DNA from: Bugula neritina
Lineage: Eukaryota; Animalia; Bryozoa
Reading direction: 5' to 3'
DNA: 64,000 nucleotides
Assembly: GCA_964035545.1 (NCBI GenBank)
Contig: OZ037771.1
Span: 8,921,408 to 8,985,407, forward strand
A program made the translations under genes and the position numbers. Below the pieces are notes generated by a model, which was given only the letters and a program-made list of their open reading frames with translations, was not told the origin of the DNA and searched no databases. Positions 38,801 through 51,073 of the stretch are shown in pieces. Position 1 is the first letter of the stretch. Every line of letters begins with the position of its first letter.

Positions 38801-41800
38801 TCCCCTCTAAATCGTTGCTTGTAAGTAAATACCTGTCAGCAAAACATTCTCTGCGCTTCAAAACACTTTCATGCTCTTTAATAAATGAAACTAAACTAAA
38901 ATCTAGTAATAGAATTATGAAATGTAGCAAATTAAATCCATATACGCATGAAGGTATTCGGTAGAAATGGCACCGGTAAAAATGGCACAGTAAAATGGCA
39001 TAGGTAATAATGGCACCGGTAATAAGGGCAAAAATGACAAAGTAGGTAAAAATAACACATTTTCAATATTAGGGTTTTGGGTTTGAAGTTTGAGGTTTGG
39101 GAAAATTTACCATTAGTGTGCCATTTTTTTCTACTTTTCCATTTGTGCCTTATTACTGGTGCCATTATTACCTGTACCATTTTTTTACCGTGCCATTTTT
39201 ACCTGTGCTAATTTTACTGGTGCCATTTTACCGAAAGTCAAACATTAAGTCTGTTCGAAGTTTATATACTGGAAACAGAAACTAGCATTTTTCCTTCTAA
39301 CATAGATTTGTAAAAGTTGTTTATGCTGCTAAATAAGGGGAATGCTAGATAAATTAAAACATCACAATATTATTATAGAGCAAGTTGAGTTTAGAGAGTG
39401 TAGACCAGGGTGCTCACACTTCATATACTTTATATCACCAGACAAACTTATTTCCATGTATTAAACTGCATGCAGTCACACGGTGATACATGAAGTTATT
39501 TACCTCAAAGTGTTATAACACAAAAAGTATTGTTTTTCTGGAGTATTTTAATATTTGTTAATCAACATTGTTTTTAGGACGGATTTGCTATAGCAGTAAA
39601 ACTTGTTTTGTTCAAGCTTATTAATTGATAAAGAATTAAGTTAAAATTAAAATTTGTTAAATAATAATAGTATGTTTTAGGGAATTGTTGAACAATCTAA
39701 ACTACGAATTGTGATCTAAATTTCGAACCTTTAAATCAGTAATTAATACAACAACAACTTATTTATAAACCCCAGCAATAGATTTCAATAAGCTGAAGGT
39801 ACTTTTTGTTTGCAAGTTCGCACTCCAAATAGAGCCAATAAATGAATTTTTACTTTAAAATGCTTGAAATGTCATAGTAGTATGAGTTTCAAATTACATT
39901 AGCTCTGATTTACCAGTACTTGTATCAACTATAGTACTTATGCTGCTGCTGTGATAAAAGATAAGATGAAAGTTTTAGCCACAATGTTTGTCTTGGTAGA
40001 AAATAGATTTACACAGATAGTTTTACTACATAGAGTCACCAAGATATACTAAACAGTCTATATATGCAAACAATCTGACAATTTAAAGAAGTTTAACATC
40101 CCAAATTTAACAACATTTAGTGTTGCAATATAAACCTCTACACTGTACCACTAAATAACATAGTGTTGAAGGTGTCAATAAACTCATATAAGAGTATAAA
40201 GCAAATGACACCTATGAACTAGGACAAGTAAAGAATCAAATTCAGAGTTTAGGTAATGTTGTCTGAGGCTTGTTTTTATACTTGCAGAAACTGCTCCAGG
40301 CTGTGACCAAACTATATTGGACTGCATAAAGCCACTTACCCTAGTCAACACATATACGGATAGTCTCAGAAAATTATACTGCAGGTAAGGACAAAAATTA
40401 AAATAAACTAAGTCGATCATTTCCATAAATGACTTTTTAAGGCATACCAGTAGTTGTGTACTACCTTCGCTAGCAAAGATGGCCGCAATATGCTAATTTT
40501 GGGATATTCTTCATTGATATTTACATTCAGAACAATTTCATTAAAATGACAGAGTCTTAATGGAGATAGCACATTCATAGTAAGCAATTGGGGCTTGAGT
40601 TCACAATGTAGTAGGCTGTTTGAGTCACCTATGTAAACTCTAAGCTCTTCACCATAGAAAAAGGAGTTGCAATGTTTAATTGTGGTTTGGAACTAGTGAA
40701 TAGACCCACTCAAGAAGCTTTAGGCTTTTATTAGCAGTTAACATGGCTGACACAAGTGGTCAAAATAAATAATTCACTGTACAACCACCCAAGTAAACCT
40801 TCATTGCCGTTTCTGAATGTTGTGTATAAATTATATTATAATCTGTGACTTAATAAAAGGCTCTTACACTTGTTTTGCTGTTTCCTAATTTTCAAGCATA
40901 TGAAACAGAATTTTTAGGTTCTGTAATATTACAGTCCTGGTTAGGAAAGATATAGGCAACCCTTGTATTATGTGCTACAAGCACCCTTTATCTGGGCTTT
41001 GATAGGGTTGTGATCTAAATTTTTGTCTTAAAGCCTTTGAACGAATCATCTGAGCCTCAAAACAGTTTTATAAGTCAACTTCATAATATAAATGCATTAG
41101 TTTATTGTTTCAATAAAAATAATAAATTTCACAATTCAGACACCAAGAGCTTGCCAATTAGAGAATCTTAAAACAATGCATAAACTATGGGAGACAATTC
41201 TTCTAAAACAATTGCTGTACGAGAATTGAGTTAGAAAATTCTATACAACAATAATAAAACATTTTGATTAATGAAAAAGTACTCAAAAGTTATTTAGGGC
41301 TAAAAGAAGAGCAAAAGCTGAAACATTCAGTAAGTTTTTTTTATAAATAGATGTACATTATCATACTTCATAGTATGGATAAGGCTTAGTAAAGCTGCTG
41401 CTATACAAAATGTCAAACAGGCAGGCATGTGTATGATATGAAGATTTATAGTCATCATAGTTTCTACACTGTTTAGCAGCAGACTCTTTTTAAAACCATT
41501 TGAATTGCACTCTCCGCATAAATAGTCAATCAACTGTGTATGAAACATATTCTCCACAAATTCTTCTGAGGAGATAGTGTGTATGCCAGCCTATAAACAT
41601 CTCCATTTTTTTAAAGTCCCAATTGCTGTGAGAAACCTGATTCCCACCATATGCTGACTGTTAAGATGTTTCACCATGCAAGTCATGATGAGATGCTTTT
41701 CTTGATATAGATACTTAATGTCGAGATTCAAACTCAATGTATAACTTGGATATTATGCTAGCTGTCAGGGTTATACTGAACCATGCCTTATCCCTCTCTC

Positions 41801-44078
41801 TGTATAATCCTATGCCTAGACTAAACTGCCTGGACAATATAAAGCATTTTACTTGAAACATCAATTTTGATCAGCTAACATTATGTAAAAATATTTTGCT
41901 CTCACTGGGATTCGAACCCGAGACCTCTGGCTTGCAAGCAAGTGTGCTTACCATTACACCACGGGACACTGGGTAAACTCAACACTACACATTATATAAT
42001 TACTGCATCTGTCAGATTGAAATTTTTAAATTTATAAAACAATAATGGTATAATATATTTTAATGTAGTGACACATCTATACTATCTCTTCTGGAGTGTA
42101 CAGAAAGAATACCAGATTGTGAGTGGAGAACTAATATAGAGATGATTGCCAGCTTGTCACGTAGTAAGTAGACTTTCACCTAACTGTCCCACATAAATCT
42201 TTGTAAGCACCTAGGTGTTGTAGAGCTAAAATGTCGTCTATATGGTGTATAAATGGCACAGGTAATAATGGCCTTGGTGATAAGGGCAAAAATGAAAAAG
42301 TAAGTAAAAATGGCACATCTTCAATATTAGGGTTTGGGGTAGGGTTGCGTGTTTAGGATGAGGGTTTGGGGTTTGGGAATAGAGATTTGAGTTTCAGCTT
42401 GGGGTTTAAGGGTTTTAGTTTGGGGCTTGGGAAAATCTGACCTCAGTGTGCAATTTTTTCTACTTTTCCATTTGTGTCCTTATTACAGGCGCCAGTATTA
42501 CCTGTGTCATTTTTACTGTGCCATATTTATATGTGCCATCTTTACCTAAAATCAGTCTATACACCTTGCATTAGATATACATGCACCATGTTGAAGTGTT
42601 GAGCTATTGGAGAGATGGACATTGAAGCTATCTATTTTATCGACAAAATTATAAAATTCTATGGTGTCCTGTAAAAGTGGCATAGGTAAAACTGGCACAG
42701 ATAATAAAGGCACAGGTAATAATGGCACAAGTGGCAAAATAAGTAGAACTGGCAAACTTTCAAAATTAGAGTTTGGAGTGGAGGGTTTGGAATGGGTCGA
42801 ATTTGGGGGTTTGAGTTTGGGGTTTAAGGGTTGCATGGGGGTTTGAAGTTTGGAAAAAATTTAACTTCAGCTTGTGCCATTTTTACCTGTGCCATTCTTA
42901 CCTGTGCCATTATTACCTGTGCCATTATTACCTAAAATCGAATTCTAAGAACAACATTACCTCGTATACTGTTCAAGTGAGAATTTGTCTCTTTCTGGTT
43001 TTAGTATATCATATGCTCGTCTGAAACCTACCTACATTATATGCTCAGTATTTCTCCTTCTAAATGGTATAATAAGGATGTGATAGAATTGTTGATAGTA
43101 TTGAATATAACACAGCTTATGCTGTATTTTACACAAATTAATGTGATTTAACTACGTAAAAGGCCCTAGGAAAAACATAAAATCTCTTCACTTGACTATT
43201 ATCTCCCACCAGAATAGTTGAGAAGATAACTCCATAATTGAGAATAAATGTTAAAAATAGGAGTGTAACTATGCTTTTCAATGGAAATTTATAAACTGTT
43301 AATACTCTTGCGCTACACATTATTTATTAAAACATAGGTTAGTATAATGTATATACATATATACGCATATATTGAATAAAGTAAAAACTGGGTGCTTTCT
43401 CTGGATATGTTATTTTCTTACTAAGAATAATATTATATATAGCTTAGGGCTAGAATTTTATTCACACCACCAAGTACTATTAATGAAAAAACGCATTCAA
43501 TAGTTTTTTTAATTCATAGCAGCTGCAAATGATATTTAGTCATTACAATTGTATATAATTACGTATGACGTATTTAAAAAAGCATTGCAACTTTGAGTAA
43601 TATGGTCTATTCAAAATTAAATTTGGCTATTAAATACACCATATATATCATGCAGTCTTACAAATGTGTTTCATGTGGTAATGACAGGTGTGTTCTTGAT
43701 TGATGGTAAGATAAATACATGATTTAGAACTAGCTAGCTAACAAAAGAACAAGCAGTTATGTTTACAACCAGATATTGGTGATATTGTTTGTATTTTGAT
43801 ATTTGGTAAATATAGCAATTTGTATAGATGGACATGTCTAGATAGCTGCAGTTTATAACTTGGATATTTTAGGAAGCTTGTGTTACTCTGGTGACAAGTG
43901 TATGGCTGGAGGGATCATGTACGTTGTGAGCCGTGGAAGTGGCTGCACAAGGTTTAAACTGGCAGCATTGAATAACTTGCAGTCATTAGCCAGTCAGCGA
44001 GAGCAGCGGACAGCTCCTGGCACAAAGTTTGATGTTTCTATATGTGGTCTGCAGCACTCTACCCTGGTACCCTGTTAG
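35811..44078 (+). CDS. Putative secreted cysteine-rich protein gene (partial model)
   Basis: Candidate exons: 35811-35913 (MHLLLFLVYAGVSVYG-YPGIYYSGDGSGEQSEEL, donor gtaagt), 38418-38566 (phase 2-1), 40288-40384 (phase 1-2, ETAPGCDQTILDCIKPL...KLYC, donor gtaagg), 43873-44078. Connecting exons not resolved. Confidence 0.35.
36693..36861. mobile_element. MITE (family 2, copy 1)
   Basis: About 30-bp imperfect TIR taggtgcagtaatggagaagttgagaaaagc ... gctatctcaatttctccacttctgctccta; homologue at 44421-44582. Confidence 0.72.
38953..39239. mobile_element. Palindromic MITE-like element (family 1, copy 1)
   Basis: Arms of repeated ggtaaaaatggcac(a/c) and their reverse complement around a G-rich ttagggttt core. 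Confidence 0.75.
41899..41969 (-). mobile_element. tRNA-like SINE head or pseudo-tRNA (family B)
   Basis: GTGTCCCGTGGTGTAATGGTAAGCAC...GGTTCGAATCCCAGTGAGAG has A and B boxes and a D arm, but the acceptor stem does not pair. Confidence 0.65.
42244..42553. mobile_element. Palindromic MITE-like element (family 1, copy 2)
   Basis: Same architecture; direct repeat gtctata at 42236-42242 and 42555-42561. Confidence 0.78.
42663..42939. mobile_element. Palindromic MITE-like element (family 1, copy 3)
   Basis: Same architecture; direct repeat aattcta at 42655-42661 and 42941-42947. Confidence 0.78.
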
Positions 44079-44420
44079 CGCTTAGACGATCAGCTGTCGG
44101 CTTATAGCTCAGACAATCACAAGTTGCATAACACTAAATCAAAAAAATCCTCTGTTATCCACAACTTATTTTGTATTTTCATGCCTACATAGTAGGTTAC
44201 CATTAATATGCATATAATTATATCTTACTTTACTTGTGTCTTTCATAATCTGTGAACACCATATTTAAAAGTTCTGTTGGTACAATTTCACACTGAGCTG
44301 CAATATAACCTGCGTTATATACTTATATAGATATTCAGGTCACAACATTTATTTTGTTGAATTTTCATAAAAACGCTTACCAATACAATTTAACTCACAA
44401 AAAGAAAAAGCGAAATTACA

Positions 44421-44582
44421 GAGGTAGGTGCAGTAATGAAGAAATTGAGAAAAGCCTGTGTTCTAGATTAGAAATGTGTCAAAAGAAGTTTTGTTGGCGC
44501 AAGAGTTTCAACCCTTGCCCCAAACCAAAATTTAATAAAAAGCTACAAAGCTATCTCAATGTCTCCACTACTCCTCCTAAAT
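44421..44582. mobile_element. MITE (family 2, copy 2)
   Basis: Colinear with 36693-36861; flanking direct repeat gaaattaca / gaaactaca. Confidence 0.75.
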
Positions 44583-44981
44583 GAAACTACAATAATCAAA
44601 ACTTACTGTATTTGAAACAAATTTTTTGCCTGAGGCAGATTTCTAATCATTATGCTCATGCAGCTAAGACATTTTTAGTAATGCATATAATTACTGATAC
44701 AAAACATAACAAAGCAGTCGAACACATATATCATATATCATTTCCCTAGTTAAATTATTCAACTACAAAATAGAAAACTTGGGAAGTAAAAACGTAAAAT
44801 TTAAATATAACTCATTATAAGCAACATCAAACGTAAAAATATAATGCTATACAAAAATATTTGTGCAAATACACAAGGTCTGTGTGTAATAACACTATGA
44901 AATTATTATTCAACATTTTGATAAAATAGCTTATAAATTAATTAAAGTCACATAAATGGGTACCTAAACAACAGACTATGC

Positions 44982-46109
44982 TTATTTAGTAGCGATGCCA
45001 ACGCATAGCCATCGTAAGGGAGAAAGAAAAAAAGCTTTAGCAATCGATTTCTTTTGATAGGTGATGGATGAAAATCCAGCAGACTCTAAAGCCTTCCACG
45101 GCTCCTTGTTTTGATGACAGTTGTCTAGTAAGAGTTTGCTGATAGGTGTAATTATATTCTGGCATATCCTTACCAGTTTGTTTGACTCAGAGGCGTAGAC
45201 ATGCTCCAAGAAGTAAAACTTGCCAGCCTAAGAGGGGAGAATATTAAGTTAGAGTATAACTTCATTTACCATTAATAGTGTGGTATTTTATGACCACCAA
45301 TATAATATAATTCAGTTGATAAAACTACCTCCAACACAAAAAACACACATTTATAAACAACTAAATGGTAGCAGGTCAATAGAATTAGAATTGAGAATAT
45401 AGAAAAACTTCATTAAGCAGTATTTTTCAATTATGTTGCAGGTTTAGTATTTTATTAGGATTTTATAATTGATTTTGTGAATTCATGATTTCATTTTGAA
45501 AAGCTGGATTAAGAGTGAGTATTGCTATATACAGCACAATATACCGTGCATGTGAGAGAATCTCAATTGGAGCAATGAAACCTAAGAGAATGTGCTACTT
45601 ACTGGCTTTAAAACTGTCTTTACTTCCTGAATTACTTTAGAAACATCTTCTACAGAGCATAAGACCAGAGTACACACTACGTAGTCTACTGAACCAGGTT
45701 TTATAGACTCAATTTGACTGAGTAGCTCTCCAGTACCCTGAACAAACTCCACTGATGCTAAATGTTCTCCCCTCTTCTTGAGTGAATCATCAACATAGCC
45801 TTTAAACTCGACCTTAGGCTCGACACACCTTAGTGCACATTGGTTTGGATAAAACTGAAAGTTTGTTCCTGAACCAGCCCCAATTTCAACAATAGCTTTT
45901 GCAGGTAACATAGAAGAAAACAGTGTTTGTTTTAACTCAGTCACTTGTTTTGATCGACTTAGCTTCTGATCAAACTTTGACAAAACATATGCATACAAAG
46001 TGTTATAATACTTTTTTACAATATAGCATGCTGCAACAAGAAGCAAAACTGTAAAGCAACAAAACTTATTGATCAACATTTCACTAATAGCAACATCTAC
46101 AGCAGCCAT
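44982..46109 (-). CDS. METTL7: METTL7/TMT1-like SAM-dependent (thiol) methyltransferase, 250 aa, 2 exons
   Basis: Exons 46109-45603 and 45227-44982 (753 nt). Hydrophobic N-terminal anchor; motif I VEIGAGSGTNFQFY; SVDYVVCTLVLCSV; VLKP|AGKFYFLEHV across the intron. Confidence 0.9.
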
Positions 46110-47619
46110 TTTATTGATAAACTTACTGTTACTGTTATTAGTATTACACTATATTACTGTATTAGTATTAAAAAAGCTGTGATTAAAAATATTAATATAA
46201 CTCCTAGTCCTAGGTTATAAGGCTAAGCAACTGGTAAATTTAGTTGTTTGAAATTTAAATTAACACAAAAATAATAAATATATAAATTTAAATTATATTA
46301 CCAGTTGGCAGTTAGGTAGTGAGTTACCATTAGGCATTAATATTATCATCAATATCAATATGAATATGAGTACGAGTATAAAATTAAATTACTATTACTA
46401 TTACTGTATTAGTATTAGTGTATTACTATCAGTATTGGAAAAAAATTATCAAAATAAATATAATATTAATTATAATACTAATAGCAATTTAAAATTTATT
46501 TCTATGTTTATTTTTCATCACTGACAATAAAAAACACACATGAACTTGGACTGAGAAAGTATTGGTTATAGTCAGACCTACTCGAATTCCTACTAAAGCC
46601 AATATAATATTTGTTAATGTTATATCAAATAATTTGGACCTTGCACCCTGCAATTCCTTGGAGAAGTAACATGATTGAAAAATTGCTAAAGCAGCGCTGA
46701 GTCGGAGGCGATTCTGAATGCAGAGTTTGCGCAGACTCTAAACTTCAACGTTGAGGCTTCAATAAGTGAACTCAGTAACTACGACCCCCGTGCTGCTTCA
46801 AGCAATCTTTATAATTTGTAGATTAGAAACTATAGACCTAGTTCTATTCTTCATATAAATATTGTAATACAACATTAGCGCAGTCCATGAAACTTTTATC
46901 GGACGGTTCGAGCAGTGTGATCTTGGTGATCAGTGTAATCCTTTGGGTTCGAGCTAATGATGAACAAAAGCCTGTCAGATGCTAAGTTGAACTGTTGACC
47001 TCTTAAACCGCTATTTAACAGAGTGATAACTGAAATTTAATAATTTAATAATTTTAGCTGAACTAGAAATATTATATTATTTTTGTAATAATTGAATGTA
47101 TACATCACTTTAAAGTTTAACCTTTTAACCCGTTGGTTTAAGAGCGTGCACTTGTAATACTTATACTTATAGTTATAGTTATACCTTATACGTAGCTATA
47201 AATATTAATTTAAGTTTAACCCTTCCCACGCAGTTTCAGTTTCAGTTTGAGTTTGCAAATAATAATATTAATAATCATGATGATAGTATTAATAATAGTA
47301 TTAACAATTTATTAAATTTAATAATATTGTTATAATTATTAATACTACTATTAAATTTAATTGAAAGACAATACTAATCAAATGGTTATAGTAAAATAGT
47401 CAAATACACGATAATCATAATCAAATTCAATATCATAATGATAAGTAGTACTAGTAGTACGATTGCTATTTAATTTTTAGCTATAAAATTTAATAGCGTC
47501 AACTAATACTATAAAATTCAAATTAATGAACCTAATATTTTAATAGGAGCTAGTAAATTAGTATAACTTATAGTTATAAGTGAAAGAAAATAGTTAAAGC
47601 ATTAATAGATCCCCCAACT

Positions 47620-47961
47620 CTATAGTGAATGTAATAGTGAATGTGGTCTCCGTCGGTTGATTTGATCATGGAATGCACCCTAAGATTTGGCTGAGCAGCG
47701 GCGCCTGTGGCTGTGCAGACCCATGTGTGAGTGGCACTCGGTACAAAAGTCACACTTGTGAGTGGACTTTGTTCCATTTTATCTCTGCCCTCTTTACATA
47801 AAACCGGATTATCCGCAAACTGCATGCTCCATGATGCATCTTCCTTACTGTCATCTGGGATAATATTTATTATAATTATGAAAAGTAATGGGCTTAAGGC
47901 TGAGCCTTGGCGTAATCCAACTTTCACTCTTATATCTCTTGTTTCTCTTGCGTTTGTTACT
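47620..47961 (-). mobile_element. Decayed RTE-clade LINE, 3' part (RT fragment plus C-terminal zinc-finger-like motif and 3' end)
   Basis: VKVGLRQGSALSPLLF...MQFADNPVL (RT); in another frame HKCDFCTECHSHMGLHSHRRRCSAKS* (about 47760-47680), typical of RTE C-termini, followed by a short repeated tail (cattcactat)x2. Confidence 0.8.
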
Positions 47962-50900
47962 GATTGATTGATTGATTGATTGATTTATTACATATCACAA
48001 ACATGACAACACGTTGCAAAATTCAGTGTAAATACTGGCTATAATAAGTAGGAATGAACAAAAATAAGAGAAAAAAAAATCAAAACTCTGTTGGATTATT
48101 TAAAATAAAAGCTCATTTAAAGTATTTACAAGATGTCGCAAGAAGCTATCTCTGCCCCATGCCCCTCTATATTTTATGGTTCGATATCTTCCAGAAGGGC
48201 ATTGACTCAGAAAGTTATTGATGAAATGGTCATTGTCTATTATATATTTGATGGCAAGTTCTTTAGTGAGTTTCTGAATGTGCAAATCAATGTTTAGATA
48301 CTCAATTCCGAGTTTTGAGCAATCTTTGAGAATTCTTCGAATAGCCTTTTTATCACTGGCATAGATACAAGTAAAAATAGTAGGTAGACAATAGGCGATG
48401 CGGGACATGATGAAACTTCTGAATAACATATTTGCTAGAGGTTTAGAGCTAAGATACGCAAAATTCTTCACAATATACATTCTTCTTGATACTGTTGTTA
48501 CTACTGATTGTACATGTTCATGAAATCTCAAATTTTGATCCACTAACACACCAAGATATCTCACTTTTTCAGACAATACAATGTTTGTTTCATTCAATAC
48601 AAGAGTAGGGGTATGAGGTTTCACACGTTGGGTTGAGAACATCATTTCTTGGGTCTTGCTAGGGTTTAATAATAGATTTAAATCGTCACATTGCTTAGAA
48701 ATTCTTTTAATCTCGTCAAAGTAAATATTTAGATCAGAGTGTTTGCCAATGCAGCCAATAATGCAAGTGTCATCTGCATATTTAACTACAGTGATGTTGC
48801 TCTGGCTTGAGGTAATCCTATTAGTGTAGATAGAAAACAATAGTGGAGATAAACAGCACCCTTGGGGAGTTCCTGTGTTAGTTATGATTGGATTTGATGT
48901 TATGCCATCCACTACTGTGCGCTGTACTCTGTTTGTAAGAAAGCTGTAAATCCACTCAGTAACATTGGAGTCAAGATGCGTTAGTTGCGTAATGAGGTCT
49001 GGAATAGATATAGTATTGAATGCAGAAGAGAAGTCTAGAAAGAGGCACCTTGCGTAATTGGATGCTTTCTTATCAATGAAACTTGTCACAGTAGTAGTTA
49101 GACATAACAGGGCATCTTGTGTAGACCGATTTGTACGATATGCGAACTGATATTTGTCCATAGGTGTATGAGTTATAATGTAGTGTTTGATGAGCCTTTC
49201 CAGCATTTTGCATATACAGCTTGCGAGAGCAATTGGACGATATTGTTTAAGTAGTTCAGGATTTTTGACTTTAGGAAGTGGCTTGATCATTGCAGATTTC
49301 CATGAATTTGGAGTTGTCTTAGATTGGATGGAGAAAGTAAACAGTTTTGTAAAGACAGGTGCTAGTTGATAGCAGCAGATTTTTAAAACTTTCGGAATGA
49401 GACCATCAGGACCTGCACCTTTTCGTGAGTTTAGTCCCTTTAGCTGTTTGAGAACAGCGTCTTCTGATATTTCCAATGGAGGTGCACTGATAATGTTTCT
49501 ATCAAAAACAGGCTGATGAGATATAGGCTTTTCATATCGGGTGAAGAAGGTATTTAGGTCATCAGGTGTAAATGGGTTAGCTTTAGCAGTAGTTGTCTTG
49601 CTGTGTGGTAGACCACTTATTTTCTTTATATCAATCCATGCTTTGGCTGGTTGATTTGCTAATTGTAGTTGAATTTTCTTAGAGTAATTAACTTTGCTGT
49701 TGGTTATAGATCTGGTGATGTCACGTTTGAGCTTATTATATAGTTTATGGTTTCCATCTTTGTGGGCTACTTGTTTTTGATAGATCATTTCTGTAATATG
49801 TTTAGTAATCCAAGGTTTCTGATTGGTACATGTTCTGAAGCTTTTCGAAGGTATGCAGATATCTGTGCAGAAGTTTATATAGTCTGTTACAATTTCAGTT
49901 TGTTGATGGATGTTATCATCATCAGAGAGCAGATTATTCCAGATAGTAATGTCCAATGCTGCTTTCAGCTTTTCACAGTTCTCTTCAGAATATATACGTC
50001 TGGTGACTCGAGTTGGTTTGTATTTAGATAATGGTGTGTAGGTTGGTATGAGATGTGTTATAAAGTGATCTGACCCACCAAGCTTTGCAAGTTGATGGCA
50101 TTGTTTGAAGGCATCTTTGATTCTGATATAGCATTTATCAAGAATTTTATTGTTGCGGGTAGGTGTTTTGACTGTTTGATAGTATCCATCAAGTTTAATC
50201 GGAAGCTGATTAAAGTCCCCCATTACAAAAATGCAAGAATCAGGGTGCTTTTTTTCTAGTTCTTTAACATGTGTTGATATTGTTTTAGCTGTGGATGAAG
50301 CATTTTGTTTTAGTCTAGAAGCACCGGTGAAGGGAGTATAGCATGAAACAGTGATAATTGAAGTAAACTCTCTTGGAAGCCAGTGAGGTCTTGATTTAAT
50401 TGTCATAATTTCACAGTGATTGTCCATATAGTTGAATATAAGATTGTTATTTGTTGACCATTTGTTGTCAATATAGACTAGAATGCCTCCTCCACAGGTT
50501 TTACCGCTAGCATCTGGAAGTCTGTCCATACGGAACTGCTCATAACCTTCAAGCTCAGTTCTTGAATGTAGCACATCTGGAGTAAGCCAGGATTCCGTTA
50601 TACAAATAAGCTGAGATTGGTTACTAAGTCTTTTAGTTTTAAGGAGACCATGGAGTTCGTCGAGTTTATTTCTTACAGATTGTGCATTAGTGAGCACAAC
50701 TGCAGGTAATGGTACTTTACCAGTTTTAGAACTGTGGTTGACTCTAACTCCGCCACGCTTGCCCCTCTTTCTAGATCGAAGAAGTCTCGGATCAATAACC
50801 TTTACTGCGTGTTTGTAGTTAGTGTTCCAAATATCTTTCAGCTGATGTCGAGTCAAAGAGCTTTTAATATCCAACAGAGCTTGATAATCCATAATAATAT

Positions 50901-51073
50901 GTTCAAGGCCTTTCACTCCTCTTGGCTTGTAAATGAGGGTGATTATAAGCCAGCATAAACAAAGGCTGCAATAACTGCGCCACAATGTCAACAGTAAAAG
51001 CATTAAAGCTAAGTACTAGAATACAGAGAGCATTGAAAACACAACCTCCCTCTGCGAGAGCCAACTGCCAATC
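47962..51073 (-). mobile_element. Apparently intact non-LTR retrotransposon (LINE; Rex1/Babar-like, CR1/L2 group)
   Basis: Single 967-aa ORF; 3' end AATAAA followed by (TCAA)n tail (plus strand gattgatt... from 47962); direct repeat ttact at 47957-47961 and 51074-51078 flanks it, and removing the element rejoins an RTE reading frame. Confidence 0.9.
48100..51003 (-). CDS. LINE ORF: apurinic-type endonuclease + reverse transcriptase, 967 aa
   Basis: EN motifs TNAQSV, ICITESWL, GGGILVYI, PHWLPREF, MGDFN, ILDKCY, GGSDH; RT motifs KGAGPDG, YRPIAL, QFAYRTNRST, FLDFSSAFNTI, GTPQGCCLSPLLF, KYADD, RYLGV; no stops or frameshifts. Confidence 0.95.
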   Translation of the reverse strand: MLLLLTLWRSYCSLCLCWLIITLIYKPRGVKGLEHIIMDYQALLDIKSSLTRHQLKDIWNTNYKHAVKVIDPRLLRSRKRGKRGGVRVNHSSKTGKVPLPAVVLTNAQSVRNKLDELHGLLKTKRLSNQSQLICITESWLTPDVLHSRTELEGYEQFRMDRLPDASGKTCGGGILVYIDNKWSTNNNLIFNYMDNHCEIMTIKSRPHWLPREFTSIITVSCYTPFTGASRLKQNASSTAKTISTHVKELEKKHPDSCIFVMGDFNQLPIKLDGYYQTVKTPTRNNKILDKCYIRIKDAFKQCHQLAKLGGSDHFITHLIPTYTPLSKYKPTRVTRRIYSEENCEKLKAALDITIWNNLLSDDDNIHQQTEIVTDYINFCTDICIPSKSFRTCTNQKPWITKHITEMIYQKQVAHKDGNHKLYNKLKRDITRSITNSKVNYSKKIQLQLANQPAKAWIDIKKISGLPHSKTTTAKANPFTPDDLNTFFTRYEKPISHQPVFDRNIISAPPLEISEDAVLKQLKGLNSRKGAGPDGLIPKVLKICCYQLAPVFTKLFTFSIQSKTTPNSWKSAMIKPLPKVKNPELLKQYRPIALASCICKMLERLIKHYIITHTPMDKYQFAYRTNRSTQDALLCLTTTVTSFIDKKASNYARCLFLDFSSAFNTISIPDLITQLTHLDSNVTEWIYSFLTNRVQRTVVDGITSNPIITNTGTPQGCCLSPLLFSIYTNRITSSQSNITVVKYADDTCIIGCIGKHSDLNIYFDEIKRISKQCDDLNLLLNPSKTQEMMFSTQRVKPHTPTLVLNETNIVLSEKVRYLGVLVDQNLRFHEHVQSVVTTVSRRMYIVKNFAYLSSKPLANMLFRSFIMSRIAYCLPTIFTCIYASDKKAIRRILKDCSKLGIEYLNIDLHIQKLTKELAIKYIIDNDHFINNFLSQCPSGRYRTIKYRGAWGRDSFLRHLVNTLNELLF

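Noticed and set aside
41899-41969. Functional tRNA gene
   Set aside because: Acceptor stem does not pair and the anticodon stem is imperfect; treated as a SINE head or pseudogene.
49187-50958. Small plus-strand ORFs inside the LINE
   Set aside because: Antisense shadows of the EN-RT ORF with no recognisable motifs.
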